Source: Octopus sinensis
Taxonomy: Eukaryota
Reading direction: 5' to 3'
Assembly (NCBI RefSeq): GCF_006345805.1
Contig: NW_021835995.1
Coordinates: 124,001-188,000, forward strand
Length of the DNA stretch: 64,000 bases
Shown here piece after piece: positions 38,221 through 50,749 of the stretch. The notes below the pieces were generated by a model that ran no database searches, was not told the origin of the DNA, and saw only the letters and a program-made list of their open reading frames with translations. Every line of letters starts with the position of its first letter. Positions within the stretch are counted from its first letter, which is position 1. The translations under genes were made by a program, and so were the position numbers.

Positions 38221-39770
38221 TGACATTGATAATATTGAATTCTTCAAGTGAAGACAATCAATAGAATAGAAAATGCAAGTAAGCAGGCAGGGAAATACTA
38301 GACACTAGCAGTGGCAGTATACACACATGCACACATGCACTCACTGCATCGAATATCAATATATGTACCTGTGCATGTGCATATATGTGTCTGTGTGTGT
38401 GGAGGGGTATATAATGTATGTATGTATCCGATGCAAAAATAAAAAAAACATAAAGACAAAGTAAAAAAACAAAAAGGGTATTAGGTTTACACTCAGGAAA
38501 AACAGAAATAAAAGTCTTGTATGTTTTATATATATGTATATATATGTGTGTGTGTGTGTGTGTGTAATGTATCAGTCTTGGTTGTAATACCCTGACGTGC
38601 AATTTAACCCCATGTTCATCTCAAATCTACAAACCAACCGTTATTGAAGATTCCCTAAATATACAAATTCTATCACTGCACAAAGAGACAAAGGCATTTG
38701 TTTTCCTATTTTCTTGTCTGTCAAAGATTACATTGCTCAACCAGTTACTAGTTTTCTTTATGTAAACTCACTCAGTTCTTCTTATTGTTGTTATTCTTGA
38801 AGGCAGCAAGCTAGCAAAATTGTTAACACACTGGACAAAATGCTTAATGGTAATTCGCCCATTGCTACATACTGGGCTCAAATTCCACCGAGGTCGATTT
38901 TGCCTTTCATCATTTTGGGGTCAAGAAATTGAGCACTAGTGATTCACTGGGGTTTATGTAATTGACTAGTCCTCTCCCCCAAAATTTCAAAACCTTTTGC
39001 CTTCAGTAGAAAGGATTATTGTTGTTATTCTAGTCCTTAACTAATCTTATTCAGTTCTGTTTCTTGAGTAGAAATTATAAAACAGTCAATGAAGAAATTA
39101 GAAGCAAATCTTAAATACAGTTATCATCATCAGCAGCAGCAGCAGCATCATCATCATCGTTTAACATCTGCTTTCCATGCTGGCATGTGTTGGGCAGTTT
39201 GACTGAAGACTGGTGAACTAGAGGCAGCACCAGGCTCCAATCTGATATGGCAGAGTTTCTACAGCTGGATGCCCTTCCTAATGCCAACCACTCCGAAAGT
39301 GTAGTGGGTGCTTTTACATACCACTGGCTCAAGGACCAGTCAGGCGGTTCTGGCAACAACCATGCTCAAAAGGTGTTTTTTACGTGCCACCTGCACGGGA
39401 GCCCGTCCGGTGGCACTGGCAATGACCACGCTCGAATGTTGTTTTGTACGTGCCACCAGCACATGTGCCGGTAAGGCAACGCTGGCAACGATCATGCCTG
39501 AATGGTGCTTTTCACATGCCATCGGCACGGGAGCCAATCCGTGGCCCTGGCAACGATCACGCTTGGATGTGCTTTTAACGTTCCACTAGCACAAGTGCCA
39601 ATCAGGCAGTACTATCATAGGCCGCTTCAGCGATTTTGATTTGTTTTCCTTGGATGTAAAAATGTATTATGTTAAGTGAAATTCCATTGTTTGATAAGTA
39701 CCATAGTCCTATATTTACATGCTTATTGATAACACAGTGTCTTAATATTTAAATCTTTAATAACATAAAG

Positions 39771-40020
39771 TTGTGATTCTCCACCAGGGTCCATACAGCC
39801 CTTAGGGGTTCCTATAAGACTTTGTTGTTAAAATTTATCTGCAATAAATTGGTTAAACTTCTACAGTATATAAAATATTTTAACAATTTTTTTATATAAT
39901 TATTAATAATATTTAATTATAAAATAATAGGAATTTTTAAACATTGAATTACTATGGAGGTCCAGTAGAATAAAATAAGAATCAAAGGGGTCCATAGGGA
40001 AAAAGGGTTGAGAATCATTG
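39771..40020. mobile_element. hAT (Charlie-like) MITE
   Basis: TTGTGATTCTCCACC ... GGTTGAGAATCATTG termini, imperfect 8-bp flanks ACATAAAG/ACTTAATG. Confidence 0.6.
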
Positions 40021-40139
40021 ACTTAATGTAGTGTATAGTCATCTATGTATTATACTTAATGTATATACACTGTTCATAGGCCAGTTACTGCAGTATTTGT
40101 TCTGATACATCTCTTATAGATGTGCTGTGTTAAAATCGC

Positions 40140-40700
40140 AATATCAGATTCATCATCATCATCATCGTTTAAAGTCCGCTTTCCATGCTAGCATGGGTTG
40201 GACGATTTTGACTGAGGGGCTGGTGAACCAGATGGCTGCACCAGGCTCCAATCTTGTTCTGGCAGAGTTTCTACAGCTGGATGCCCTTCCTAATGCCAAC
40301 CACTCCGAGAGTGTAGTGGGTGCTTTTTACATGCCACAGGCACGAGGGCCAGTCAGGCGGTACTGGCAATGACCTCGCTCAAATCCTTTTACACATGCCA
40401 CTGGCACAGGTGCCAGTAAGGCGACGTTGGTAACAATCACACTCGAACGGTGCTCTTTTACATGCCACTGGCACAGAAGCCAGTTGGCTGCTCTGGCAAC
40501 GATCACGCTCAGAAGGTGCTCTTGGCATCCTACTAGCATGGGCACAAGTGCCAGTAAGGCAATGCTGGTAACAGTCACACTCGAATGGTGCCCTTTTATG
40601 TTCCACTGGCACGGAAGCCGGTTAGCCGCTCTGTCAATGATCACACTCGTATGGTGCTCTTTGCACCCCACTAGCACAGATGCCAGTCATCGGATTTGAT
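40140..40700 (-). mobile_element. (GAT)n-tailed SINE-like family S4 with internal tandem repeats
   Basis: GGAAGGGCATCCAGCTGTAGAAAC core, GCATGGAAAGCGGAC tail, and about 60-70-bp internal repeats. Many copies between 17.1 and 59.1 kb. Confidence 0.85.
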
Positions 40701-41865
40701 TTTGATTTTGATTTCACTTGCCTCAACAGGTCTTCGCAAGTAGAGTTTAGTGACCAAAGAAGGAAAAGGTATGCATAAGCGGGCTGGTTACGCTCCTGGC
40801 ATAGGCCACAGATTATGGTCTAATTTGGCTTGCCGGGTCTTCTCAAGCACAGCATATTTCCAAAAGTCTCAGTCGCTAGTCATTTCCTTGGTGAGGCCTA
40901 ATGTTCGAAGGTCGTGCTTCACCACTTCATCCCAGGTCTTCCTGAGTCTACCTCCTCCACAGGTTCCCTCAACCACTAGGGTGTGATACTTTTTCACACA
41001 GCTATCCTCATCCATTCTCGCCACATGACCATACCAGTGCAGTCATCTCTCTTGCACACCACATCTAATGCTTCTTAGGTCCAACTTTTCTCTCAAGGTA
41101 CTTACACTCTGTCAAGTATGCACACTGACATTACACATCCATCGGATCATACTGGCTTCATTCCTTGCAAGCTTACACATATCCTCAGCAGTCACAGCCC
41201 ATGTTTCCCTGCCATGTAGCATGGCTGTTTGTACACAAGCGTCATACAGTCTACCTTTTACTCTGAGCAAGAGGCCCTTTGTCACCAGCAGAGGTAAGAG
41301 CTCTCTGAACTTTGCCCAAGCTATTCTTATTCTAACACCTACACTTTCAGCGCACCTTCCTCTGCTACTGACTTGGTCACCTAGGTAATGGAAGCTATCA
41401 ACTACTTCTAGTTTTTTCTCCCTGGAATGTGGTGGAAGTTGGTCTCTGCGCATTTTCAGTGTTTATTGCTCCCGAACATCTGCCACATACAAAAATCTAT
41501 CTTCCCAGTTAGCCTTCCTTTGATATTACTGCATCTCTTATGTGTCCATAGCTTACACGGGGTACATCTTATAGAGTTTCTACCTATGCCTCTACTACAG
41601 ATCGAGCAGGGCCATCTACCTGAAGGGATTTGTGGTTTACCTGCCTTCCTACTTATTAGGACTTTGGTTTTAGCTAGGTTGATTCTAAGGCCCTTCGGTT
41701 CTAATCCTTGTTTCCACACTTGAAACTTCTCCTCTAGTTCTGATAGTGACTCAGTAATTAGAGCAAGGTCATCGGCATAGAGGAGCTCCCAGAGGCATCC
41801 TGTCTTGAATTCCTCCGTTATTGCCTGGAGGACTAGGATAAATAGGAGGGGGCTGAGGACTGAAC
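40692..41865 (-). mobile_element. RTE-clade LINE, 3' part of ORF2 (RT motifs 4-7, PHD-like finger, C-terminus), pseudogenised
   Basis: GSVLSPLLF, LLYADDL, GLRINLAKTK, DSFHYLGD, RIAWAKFRELLP, ETW, WYGHV and GRLRKTW motifs, with frameshifts and stops. Confidence 0.9.
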
Positions 41866-42289
41866 CTTATTTCCAGTTAAAACTATTTCACTTACACTTT
41901 TAATTCCCTTAAATAAAGTAAGAATACCACAACCTCACTCCCATCCCTTTCTCCCAGTCTTTGAAATCAATTATTATTATTATTTTAATGCACTGGGGTC
42001 GATGTAATTGACTTGATCCGTTTGTCTGTCCTTGTTTGTCCCCACTGTGTTAACCTCTTCTGGGTAGTAAAGAAAAAGATTATTATTATTATTATAGATA
42101 CATGGATACTTCTAATCACAAAAGGTCAATCGATTGACTCTATTTATTATACTACTCCATCTAATAAATAAACAAAAGAAACATTTTATGACTTTAAAAG
42201 CATTGAATAACAAAAGTATTGAACAAGCAACAACTAGCCATCAATTGGTTGGCTGTTCCTATTCTATTATCAGCATTTTTATGTGAAGG

Positions 42290-42670
42290 CAAAATGGCCC
42301 AGTGGTTAGAGCAGTGGACTTGCAGTCATAGGATCGCGGTTTCGATTCCCAGACCGGGCGTTGTGAGTGTTTATTGAGCGAAAACACCTAAAGCTCCACG
42401 AGGCTCTGACAGGGGATGGTAGTGAACCCTGCTGTACTCTTTCACCTCAACTTTCTCTCACTCTTTCTTCCTGTTTCTGTTGAACCTGTATTTCAAAGGG
42501 CCAGCCTTGTCACACCTCTGTGTCATGCTGAATCTCCCCAAGAACTAAGTTAAGGGTACACGTGTCTGTGGAATGCTCAGCCACTTGCACTTACACATTA
42601 ATTTCATAAGTGGGCTCTTCCATTGATCGGATCAACTGGAACCCTTGTCGTCATAACCGACAGAGTGCCA
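42290..42670 (+). mobile_element. tRNA-derived SINE family S3, full length
   Basis: Head AATGGCCCAGTGGTTAGAGCAG...GGTTTCGATTCC, body ending GGAACCCTTGTCGTCATAACCGAC. Other copies at 1015-1342 (-), 14485-14645 (+), 27420-27640 (-) and 43365-43510 (+). Confidence 0.85.
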
Positions 42671-42724
42671 TGATCAACATTTTGTTGCATCCATAGCAAG
42701 TAATGACACTTCTCTCTTCACTAC

Positions 42725-42919
42725 CTGCTGGGTCTAGATAAGTACCATAACAGGGTACATACAAATCAGGATTGTAAGCCATGCTAGCACTGTACATGCC
42801 AATGAGAGAGAGAGAGAGCCTTTCTGTGGTTCCTCAACAGAGATATCTTTTCCAAGAAATATAGTTTTCAATTTTTACAAGTAAATTTTCACTTTGTTTC
42901 TTTTTTTCTCTTGTGATAT
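42725..42919 (-). CDS. Candidate exon with 5' UTR and start (MAYNPDLYVPCYGTYLDPA) of a possible second minus-strand gene
   Basis: Strong acceptor tttttctcttcag| at 42920, ATG at 42782, weak GTAGTG donor. A 106-nt intron links it to a CpG-retaining block at 43026+. Confidence 0.3.
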
Positions 42920-43025
42920 CTGAAGAGAAAAAGTATTACTCAAAGGTGGTGGTCGTCTCAGTTATAGAGATGGAGAAAAAGAGGAAGATAATTGCAAATA
43001 TGCAATCACACTTTTGCTTGCCTAC

Positions 43026-43200
43026 CCGCGGTTAATGTAAATATACGATGTAGAGCTGCCCTACACCTATCACAGACTTTTTAGCGACTGACATATGTTT
43101 ACATTCGCTATCGTGTACTTTATCACTTGAGGTGTGCATGCTCGCCATCCTGTGCATTATCTTAGCTATTTTAGGTTACGTTCAAGTCATGAGACTAGCA
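43026..43200 (-). promoter_or_regulatory. CpG-retaining unique block, candidate promoter/first exon
   Basis: Cluster of CpGs in non-repeat sequence, with a donor ccgcgg|GTAGGC at 43025. Confidence 0.3.
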
Positions 43201-43515
43201 GTAGACCAATGTAAAGTTCCGAGGAAGAGGAGGAAGGAGAGGAGGGGATGGAATTACTTCCGAAAGTTCCAAGGAGGGGAAGAATTACTTCTTTGATGTG
43301 AACCCCACTAAATCCTTCAAGCACCAAGAAGAGTGTACTGGGACTCCATCGTTTATGATAAGTGTTCCAGATCATTCAATCAATGGAACAGCCTGCTCAT
43401 GAAATTAATGTGCAAGTGGCTGAGCACTCCAAAGGCATGTGCATCCTTAATGTAGTCCCCAGGGAGATTCAGCATGACACAGAATATGACAAGGCTGGCC
43501 CTTTGAAATACAGGT

Positions 43516-43922
43516 ACTCTTTTCTCTTTTTACTCGTTTCAGTCATTTGACTGTGGCCATGCTGGAGCACCGCCTTTAGTCAAGCAAATCGACCCCAGGA
43601 CTTATTCTTTGTAAGCCTAGTACTTAATCTATCAGTCTCTTTTGCTGAACCGCTAAGTTACAGGGACATAAACACACCAGCATCATTTGTCAAGCGATGT
43701 TGGGGGGGGGGGACAAACACAGACACACAAACATTATACACACACATATATATATACATACAACAGGCTTCTTTCAGTTTCTGTCTACCAAATCCACTCA
43801 CAAGGCTTTGTTTGGCCCAAGGCTATAGTAGAAGACACTTGCCCAAGGTGCCATGCAGTGGGACTGAACCCGGAACCATGTGGTTTGTAAGCAAGCTACT
43901 TACCACACAGCCACTCCTACAC
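43516..43922 (-). mobile_element. SINE S1, full-length copy with CpG decay
   Basis: Complete structure. Further S1 copies or fragments near 2330, 3690, 5150, 20215, 22775, 26515, 33035, 36170, 37200, 37620, 45066, 48605, 51660, 53252, 54380, 54880 and 55660. Confidence 0.9.
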
Positions 43923-44552
43923 CTACTCACTTTTGCCAGCTGAATAGACTGAGCAATGTGAAATAAAGTGTCTTGCACAAGGACACAATGCCCCACCAGA
44001 AATTGAACTCATGACCTTAAGCTCATGAGCTGAATCCCTAACCACTGAGCCATGAGTCTTCATTGCAAGAAGAATATAACATGCTCTAATTGCCCCTATG
44101 TGTGTCATACAATGAACCAATGTATGGAGAAGTGTGCATACAATAAGATTCCCCTCACCAGCCAGACTGAAGCTTGTTAAATATCTAAAGTGCAAGACAT
44201 TCAATGGACTTGACTGAATTTTTTTAACAATTATAACAAAGGAGAAAAAAAAACCAAAATAAAGAAAATATATAATGCTTTTCTACTCCATTCACTCTCT
44301 TTGATATCTCCTTTTCTGTCTGTCTTTAAAGCATTAAGTATTGTGCTTAGCTTTTAACAAACAAAACAGATATAGTTTATTAAACTAGCAGTTAGTTATG
44401 TCTCAGGTAGCATAAGGTAGCATAGATGGATGTGATTATAGGGTTGTATTGTCTCAAAAAAAAGTAGGATTAAGAGCTTTACCAAAGGATTTATGTTATG
44501 ACTAAGTAATTTAATGAATACACATTTAAAAAAACAAATCATTTAGTTATTA

Positions 44553-44722
44553 CAGTTCTATATTTAAGAGATGAGGAATTATGTACATTATTTACATTAT
44601 TTACATTTAACAGATATTTGTCCTCATCTCTTTATTTTACGGCTGATATACCCTCCAGCCTTCATCAGGTATCTTGGGGAAATTTCAAACCTGGGTTCTC
44701 TTTCCTAAGGTATTTTTTGATG

Positions 44723-44767
<45 letters not shown>

Positions 44768-44842
44768 TCACTGCTTGGAATTGAACTTGGAATCTTGGGG
44801 TTAGTAGCCTGTGCTCTTAACCACTATGCCGCCATATGCCTG
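44553..44842 (-). mobile_element. tRNA-headed SINE with hammerhead-bearing tail (family A), most complete copy
   Basis: Minus strand: A-box-like TGGCGGCATAGTGG, anticodon-like loop CTACTAA, B-box GTTCAATTCC, (AAT)n, body, hammerhead, tail ending TCTTAAATATAGAACTG. Homologous to 13987-14268 and 58246-58636. Confidence 0.75.
44640..44672 (-). ncRNA. Hammerhead motif (family A), GAAA side deleted
   Basis: AUAC CUGAUGA A GGCUG-GAGGGUAUAU-CAGCC G, then a deletion relative to the other copies. Confidence 0.45.
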
Positions 44843-46503
44843 CGACCAGAATAATGATGATGATGATGATGATAACAACATCAACAGCAGCAGCAGCCGC
44901 AGCAGCAGCAGCAACAGCAACAGCAACAACAAACAACATCTTCTGCACTGACTGGTTCTTTTGATCAATGGCTCTGTTGCAATCCACCAAACAGATATAT
45001 GAAGCCTTGATCTTTACCGGAAGGACTTCCACCACTATTGAGATTATTATTAATTTCATATAGATAGGCACAGGCATGGCTGTCTGGTAAGAAGCTGGCT
45101 TCCCAACCACATGGTTCTGGGTTCCATCCCATTGCATGGCACTTTGGACAAGTGTCTTCTACTATAGCCTTGGGTCAACTAAAGCCTTGAGTAGATTTGG
45201 TAGATGGAAACTGAAAGAAGCCCATTGTGTGTGTGGTGTCTGTTCCTCCCACTGCTTGACAACTGGTGTTGGTGTGTTTACGTCCCCATGACCTAATGGT
45301 TCAGCAAAAACAGCTGGTACAATAAGCACCAGACTTACACCTTGTATCCTCCTTTAACTTTGGCTAAACTTTCTTTCACTAATAAACCTCCATTAACATC
45401 AATCTGTTTTATATCCAACTTTATTCTGAACTCATCAGTTTATTATCTGTACTATTTGGAATTGTCTCTACTTTTATGTACCTTTTACCTATTATTTGTT
45501 TCAGTCATTAGATTGTGGCCATGCTGGGGCACCACCTTGAAGAATTTTAGTCAGTGCTTGTTTTTTTTTAAGCCCGATAGTCTCAATTGCCAAACCACTA
45601 AGCCAGAGAGCAGCACCTAGCTCCAATTGTCTGTTTTGGAATGGTTTCTATGGCTGGATGCCCTTCCTAATGTCAATCACTGTACAGAGTGTACTGGGTG
45701 CTTTATATGTGGAACCAGCATGGGGGCTTTATAGGTGACATCTACATGATGTGGGTGCTTTGTGCATGGCACCAGCAGAGGCATGGCTCTATTGTGAATG
45801 GAATTAGTAAAACAGTGTTGAAGCACATTTTCATGTGGGGGGTGTGGAGTTGTGTGTGTGTGTGTGTGTTTTGCTTATCTCCTTGCCATGACAGTTTGTA
45901 AAGAAATGTTACCATCTTGCAAGCAGTGTTTGTCATGGGAAGACAAAAATGTAACCTTGCTTGAAAACCAGCTAGAGCTGGCAACAGTAAGGGCAACTTT
46001 GCCATAGAAAATGTGCCTCAACAAATCCTGTCCAACCCATGCTAGCATAGAAAATTGTAAGTTAAAATGATGATGATGAGGATGATGATGAAGATAATGG
46101 TGGTGCTAATGATGAAGATGACAATGACAATGATGATGATGATGATGAAAATGATGATGATGAAGATGATTACATGCAATTAGACACTTAATGCAGTACT
46201 CTACTACTTTGACTATCAGAAAATAATTTATCTTTGCTTATTGTTATCATTATTATTGTTATTGTTGCTATTGCTGCTGCTGTTATAGCAGTGTGTTAAC
46301 TGGTAATACCTGCAATTAACAATAAAGGTATAAAAAAAAATCTGTACCACAATCAAGCCAATCAGAAATCTATTTCTTTCACCAAGTCCATCCAACAGAT
46401 TTGCAGAGATAATCACTCACCAGTCAAACTGAACCCGTCTTTCCAGTCCCCAACAGGTATACATATATATACACACACATGCACGCACACACGCACACAC
46501 ACA

Positions 46504-46558
<55 letters not shown>

Positions 46559-46571
46559 TGCACACGCACTA

Positions 46572-47733
46572 CTGATTTTTAAGACATAGACAGGATGCTT
46601 GACAAATTTACAAAGAAGGGTGGTGGAGATGGGTAAATTATGACAAATCTATTTCCAGATTATTATTGGTGTATGAAAGCATAGATCACCAAGCCAGAGG
46701 GTATTGGACAACTGGCTGAAAGGTCAGGGTTTTGTATCCTGTGACGAACATAGTGTTGTAGATGAGATCAAGATGAGTAACACTCAACGTATAGTGGTAG
46801 AGTGGTATACTTCATTCAATGCTGTAAATAGTGGGAGTGTAGTAAAATTAATGAGTGCGTTATCAGTGTGATGTGCCAAGTTAAACTCATTTATTCATGA
46901 GCTTGACTTCCAACTGTGACTACTGAGTTGTGTTAAGTGTTAATATATAATAATTATAATAATGAAATTATTGTATACAGTGCTCAGGTGCACCACATCT
47001 TGTCAGAAAGTGCATATAAAGTACATGCAGTAATGTAGAAATGTCTGGAAAGCGAACAATGTATGAGTCAGATACATGCTTGCGTGTGTATGGAGGGGAG
47101 AAAATCAAGTGTAGTGTTGGTGAATCTCAGGAAGCATGGAAGTTTTGAAGGATGCAGTGCTCTGACAACTAACAACTGATGCCGGCAGTTTGTTCCATGC
47201 TTCAGCAACTCTCAGCGTGAAAAAATGTTTCCTGAAGTCATGAGAATCTGAATGGGAATAATTATGTGCAGAGAGAAAATAGCAGACACCATCATCATCA
47301 TTTAACATCCACTTCTCCATGTTTGCATGGGTCAGGTGGAATTTGTTGAGGCAAAGATTTTCAATTAATACATCAAAATGCCTTTCCTGTCACCAACCCT
47401 CACCGTTTCCAACAGGACAGTGGAGTCAGAGTTGGAAAAAATTAAGGGGTAGCTGGAGTCAGAGTCGATAAAACTACACCGACTCTGGTTCACACTATCT
47501 TTATTCTTTCATATAAACCAGTTATAACATAAAGGCCTACTCAAAGTACAAGCGTATTCTTATGCTTTATGAGATATGTAGACCACAATCAATCACTTAC
47601 ATAAAGAGGAGTCAGAGTCGATCTATGCTTTCGTACACCAATAATGCTCTGGAAACAGATGTCGTGATTTACCCATTTCCACCACCCTTCTTTGTAAATT
47701 TGTCAAGCATCCTGTCTATGTCTTAAAAATCAG
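46572..47733. mobile_element. Composite element with ~115-bp terminal inverted repeats and TA flanks
   Basis: 46572-46687 (CTGATTTTTAAGACATAGACAGG...) is the reverse complement of 47620-47733. TA at 46570-71 and 47734-35. Confidence 0.7.
46760..47250 (-). mobile_element. CR1-type LINE 3' end nested in the TIR element
   Basis: HDFRKHFFTLRVAEAWNKLPASVVSCQSTASFK resembles the CR1 ORF2 C-terminal motif (R..FF..RV...WN.LP..VV...S...FK). Confidence 0.7.
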
Positions 47734-47961
47734 TATTGTGTGTGTGTACATACATATATATACTGATATATATACCTGTTGAGTACTGGAAAGACTAGTT
47801 AAGTTGGAGTTGAAGTTTTTCGTTTCAACTCCACAGTCCTGGTTTCCAAGCAAGGTACTATTTCCCCATGGCCAGACAGGGAAGACTGGAAACAAACAAC
47901 AATGCTTGTATAACAATGATTCTCATTTACAACCATCTCACGATGTCTAGACAAGAGCATG

Positions 47962-47993
<32 letters not shown>

Positions 47994-48816
47994 CATATAT
48001 ATATGTATATATATACATATATATATGTGTATATATATATATATGTATGTGTATATATATATATATAATCCAAAAATAATATGACAGCACATCTTTGATG
48101 CAAATCTAATGAAGTAACACTCTAATGTCTAAAACTGCAAACATTACATAAATTTTTACTTTGATTTTTTAAGTAAACTGGCGTTGCAAGCAGAGTTGCT
48201 ACAGAGACAATTGTAATGAATCATTAAAGATGTGTTAAAGAATGTTTTTGTCTTATTAATTGGAATATAGTTTAGTCTTTTCCACACCCACACAACGATG
48301 TTACCATCATGAAACCAGGATGTTCTTCACTTAAAGAATTTCGGTGATAGTTTGGAATCTGGTAGTTTTGATAGCTCAGAATTTAGGGTGAGTGCTCTCT
48401 GGAAATACTCTATCTTGCCAGATCAAGATTGGAGCCTGGTGCAGCCATCTGGTTCGCCAGTCCTCAGTCAAATCATCCAACCCATGCTAGCATGGAAAGC
48501 GGACGTTAAACAATGATGATGATTATACTCAACAAGGACCAATATATTATCAGCATTAGCATCATCATCATTGATTAACATCCGTTTCCATGCTGGCATG
48601 GGTTCTCTCTTTTACTCTTTTACTTGTTTTAGTCATTTGACTGTAGCCATGCTGGAGCACTGCCTTTAGTTGAGCAAATCGACCCCAGGACTTATTCTTT
48701 GCAAGCCTAGTACTTATTCTATTGGTCTCCTTTGCCAAACTGCTAAGTTACAAGGATGTAAACACACCAACATTGGTTGTCAAGCAATGGTGGCAGGAAC
48801 AAACACACACACGCAA

Positions 48817-48866
<50 letters not shown>

Positions 48867-50327
48867 GTATATATATTGGCATTAGGAAGGGCATCCAGCT
48901 GTAGAAACTCTGCTAGATCAAGATTGGAGCCTAGTGCAGCCATCTGGTTCGCCACTTCTCAGTCAAATCGTCCAACCCATGCTAGCATGGAAAGCAGACG
49001 TTAAACAATGATGATGATGATTATATACATACACAATGGGCTTCTTTCAGTTTCTGTCTACCAAATCCACTCAAGGCTTTGGTCGCCCAAGGCTCTAGTA
49101 GAAGACACTTGCCCAAGGATCCACACCAAACCATGTGGTTAGGAAGCAAGCTGCTTACCGCACAGCTCCTGTGCCTATATATATATATACGGGGTCAAGT
49201 GTCTTCTACTATAGCCTTAGGCTGACCACAGCCTTGTGAGTGGATTTAGTAGATGGAAACTGAAAGAAGCCTGTCATATACAATATATACATATAATTGA
49301 GAATCAGTTGAATTAGGTACTAAAGTTTGAGCACCAAGTCAGTCCGGTATTATCCACACAGCTCATAGTAAGGTGAATAAAATCAAAATAAATAACAGGA
49401 TATCAAGAGGTGATGCAGTACAACCGTTTCAAGTGGCTCCATTTAATTGAACAATACAATCATTACATCAATTTAAATGCAGAGCTATCATCAGCTTAAC
49501 AAATAAATAAAATTTTAATCAGTTGACCACATTAATATAATTTTCTCAAATACTGTAACAGAGCAAGAAGATGGAAGAAATCCATGTTGTCACTATTGTA
49601 GTTAAGGATCGACTACACTTCCAAGAAAGGCATGAAGTCCACTGGGGTCATAGCTTGTAAAGGATTGTGGTTCATTTCTAATTTATTTGTCTTTTTATCA
49701 ACTACTAGCTGACTGTGTCTGTTTAGAATGAAGGGCAAGATTGAGTTGACAGCTAGGTATGGTCATAAATATTGTCAAGACATTAGGAGCAGTAAATTAA
49801 ATATAGAGTAACTGTCTATAAAAGAAGGCTGGGTAAGGGAAGACTCTAAATCCTGACGTTAATTACCAGTTAAAGGGGCAAGACGCTAATAAAACCTATG
49901 ATGTCAATACAGAGAAAATGGAGTACTATGGTGATTGTTTAAAAAACAATATTGTTATGTTGTATAAAAATAAAATTTAAGATTATCAAAAATGATATCA
50001 TAACCAAAATAGGTAAAATGTGTGTGTATATACCAATTATCAACATTAAAAATGAAAGATTACATAGAATCAATTTAATATTTGTTTATGTACTTAATTA
50101 ATTACTTATTAGGTAGTTTCTATAAAGACTGCTCAGGGCATTTACTTATGGAATAACTGGAAAGTTAAACATGCTATCTATATATTAATTATAAGCCAAG
50201 AATCAGAAAGAATAGAGATGTGTACAGTTACATACACATTTATCTATGTGCACACATGCACATATACATATACACAAATATTTATATGCTTATATGGATA
50301 TAGTATAACCATCTCGCATAGACTTAA

Positions 50328-50548
50328 CCCTTTAGTGTTCAGAATACTCTGTTAAATATAATACTTTTTTTCTCAAATTGTTTTGAATTAATCATGCATT
50401 ATCTTATAGCTTTGAGGTTTCAATGATGTGATTGTTTATTTTCAGAATGGCATTGTAGGTTAGGAGTGAGAGGCTAGATATCGCCAGTTTGAATATAAAA
50501 CATGTAGAATATATTGGGCCGGATTTGGCCGGTTTAAACATTAAAGGG
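50328..50548. mobile_element. piggyBac-like MITE
   Basis: TTAA|CCCTTTAG ... TTAAAGGG|TTAA termini with TTAA duplication. Confidence 0.8.
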
Positions 50549-50749
50549 TTAAGTAACTAAAAAGTATGTATTTATGAACAAGAAAGATATCAATTTATAA
50601 GGTATAAGAAGTTAATAGGTTATGCACATATATGCACATATATACATATATAAATATTTATACGTTTATATGGATATAGTAATAACCATCTCGCAAAGAC
50701 CTAAGTAGCTGAAAAATCTCTATTGATGAACAGTAACAACTTATAATGG

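Noticed and set aside
42290-42365. Possible tRNA genes at SINE heads
   Set aside because: A/B boxes are present but acceptor stems do not close, and each runs into a SINE body.
42834-42836. In-frame TGA after Cys upstream of MAYNPD, suggesting selenocysteine
   Set aside because: No start or homology for the upstream frame and no SECIS identified. A 5' UTR stop is simpler.
44875-45030. PolyQ reading frame
   Set aside because: CAG/CAA microsatellite bounded by stops, without usable splice sites.
45338-45430. Exon-like IKLDIKQIDVNGGLLVKESLAKVKGGYK with GTAAGT donor
   Set aside because: The donor comes from the adjacent S1 SINE and the acceptor lacks a pyrimidine tract.
48319-48387. Plus-strand exon-like DVLHLKNFGDSLESGSFDSSEFR with GTGAGT donor
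   Set aside because: Weak acceptor and no phase-compatible partner exon found.
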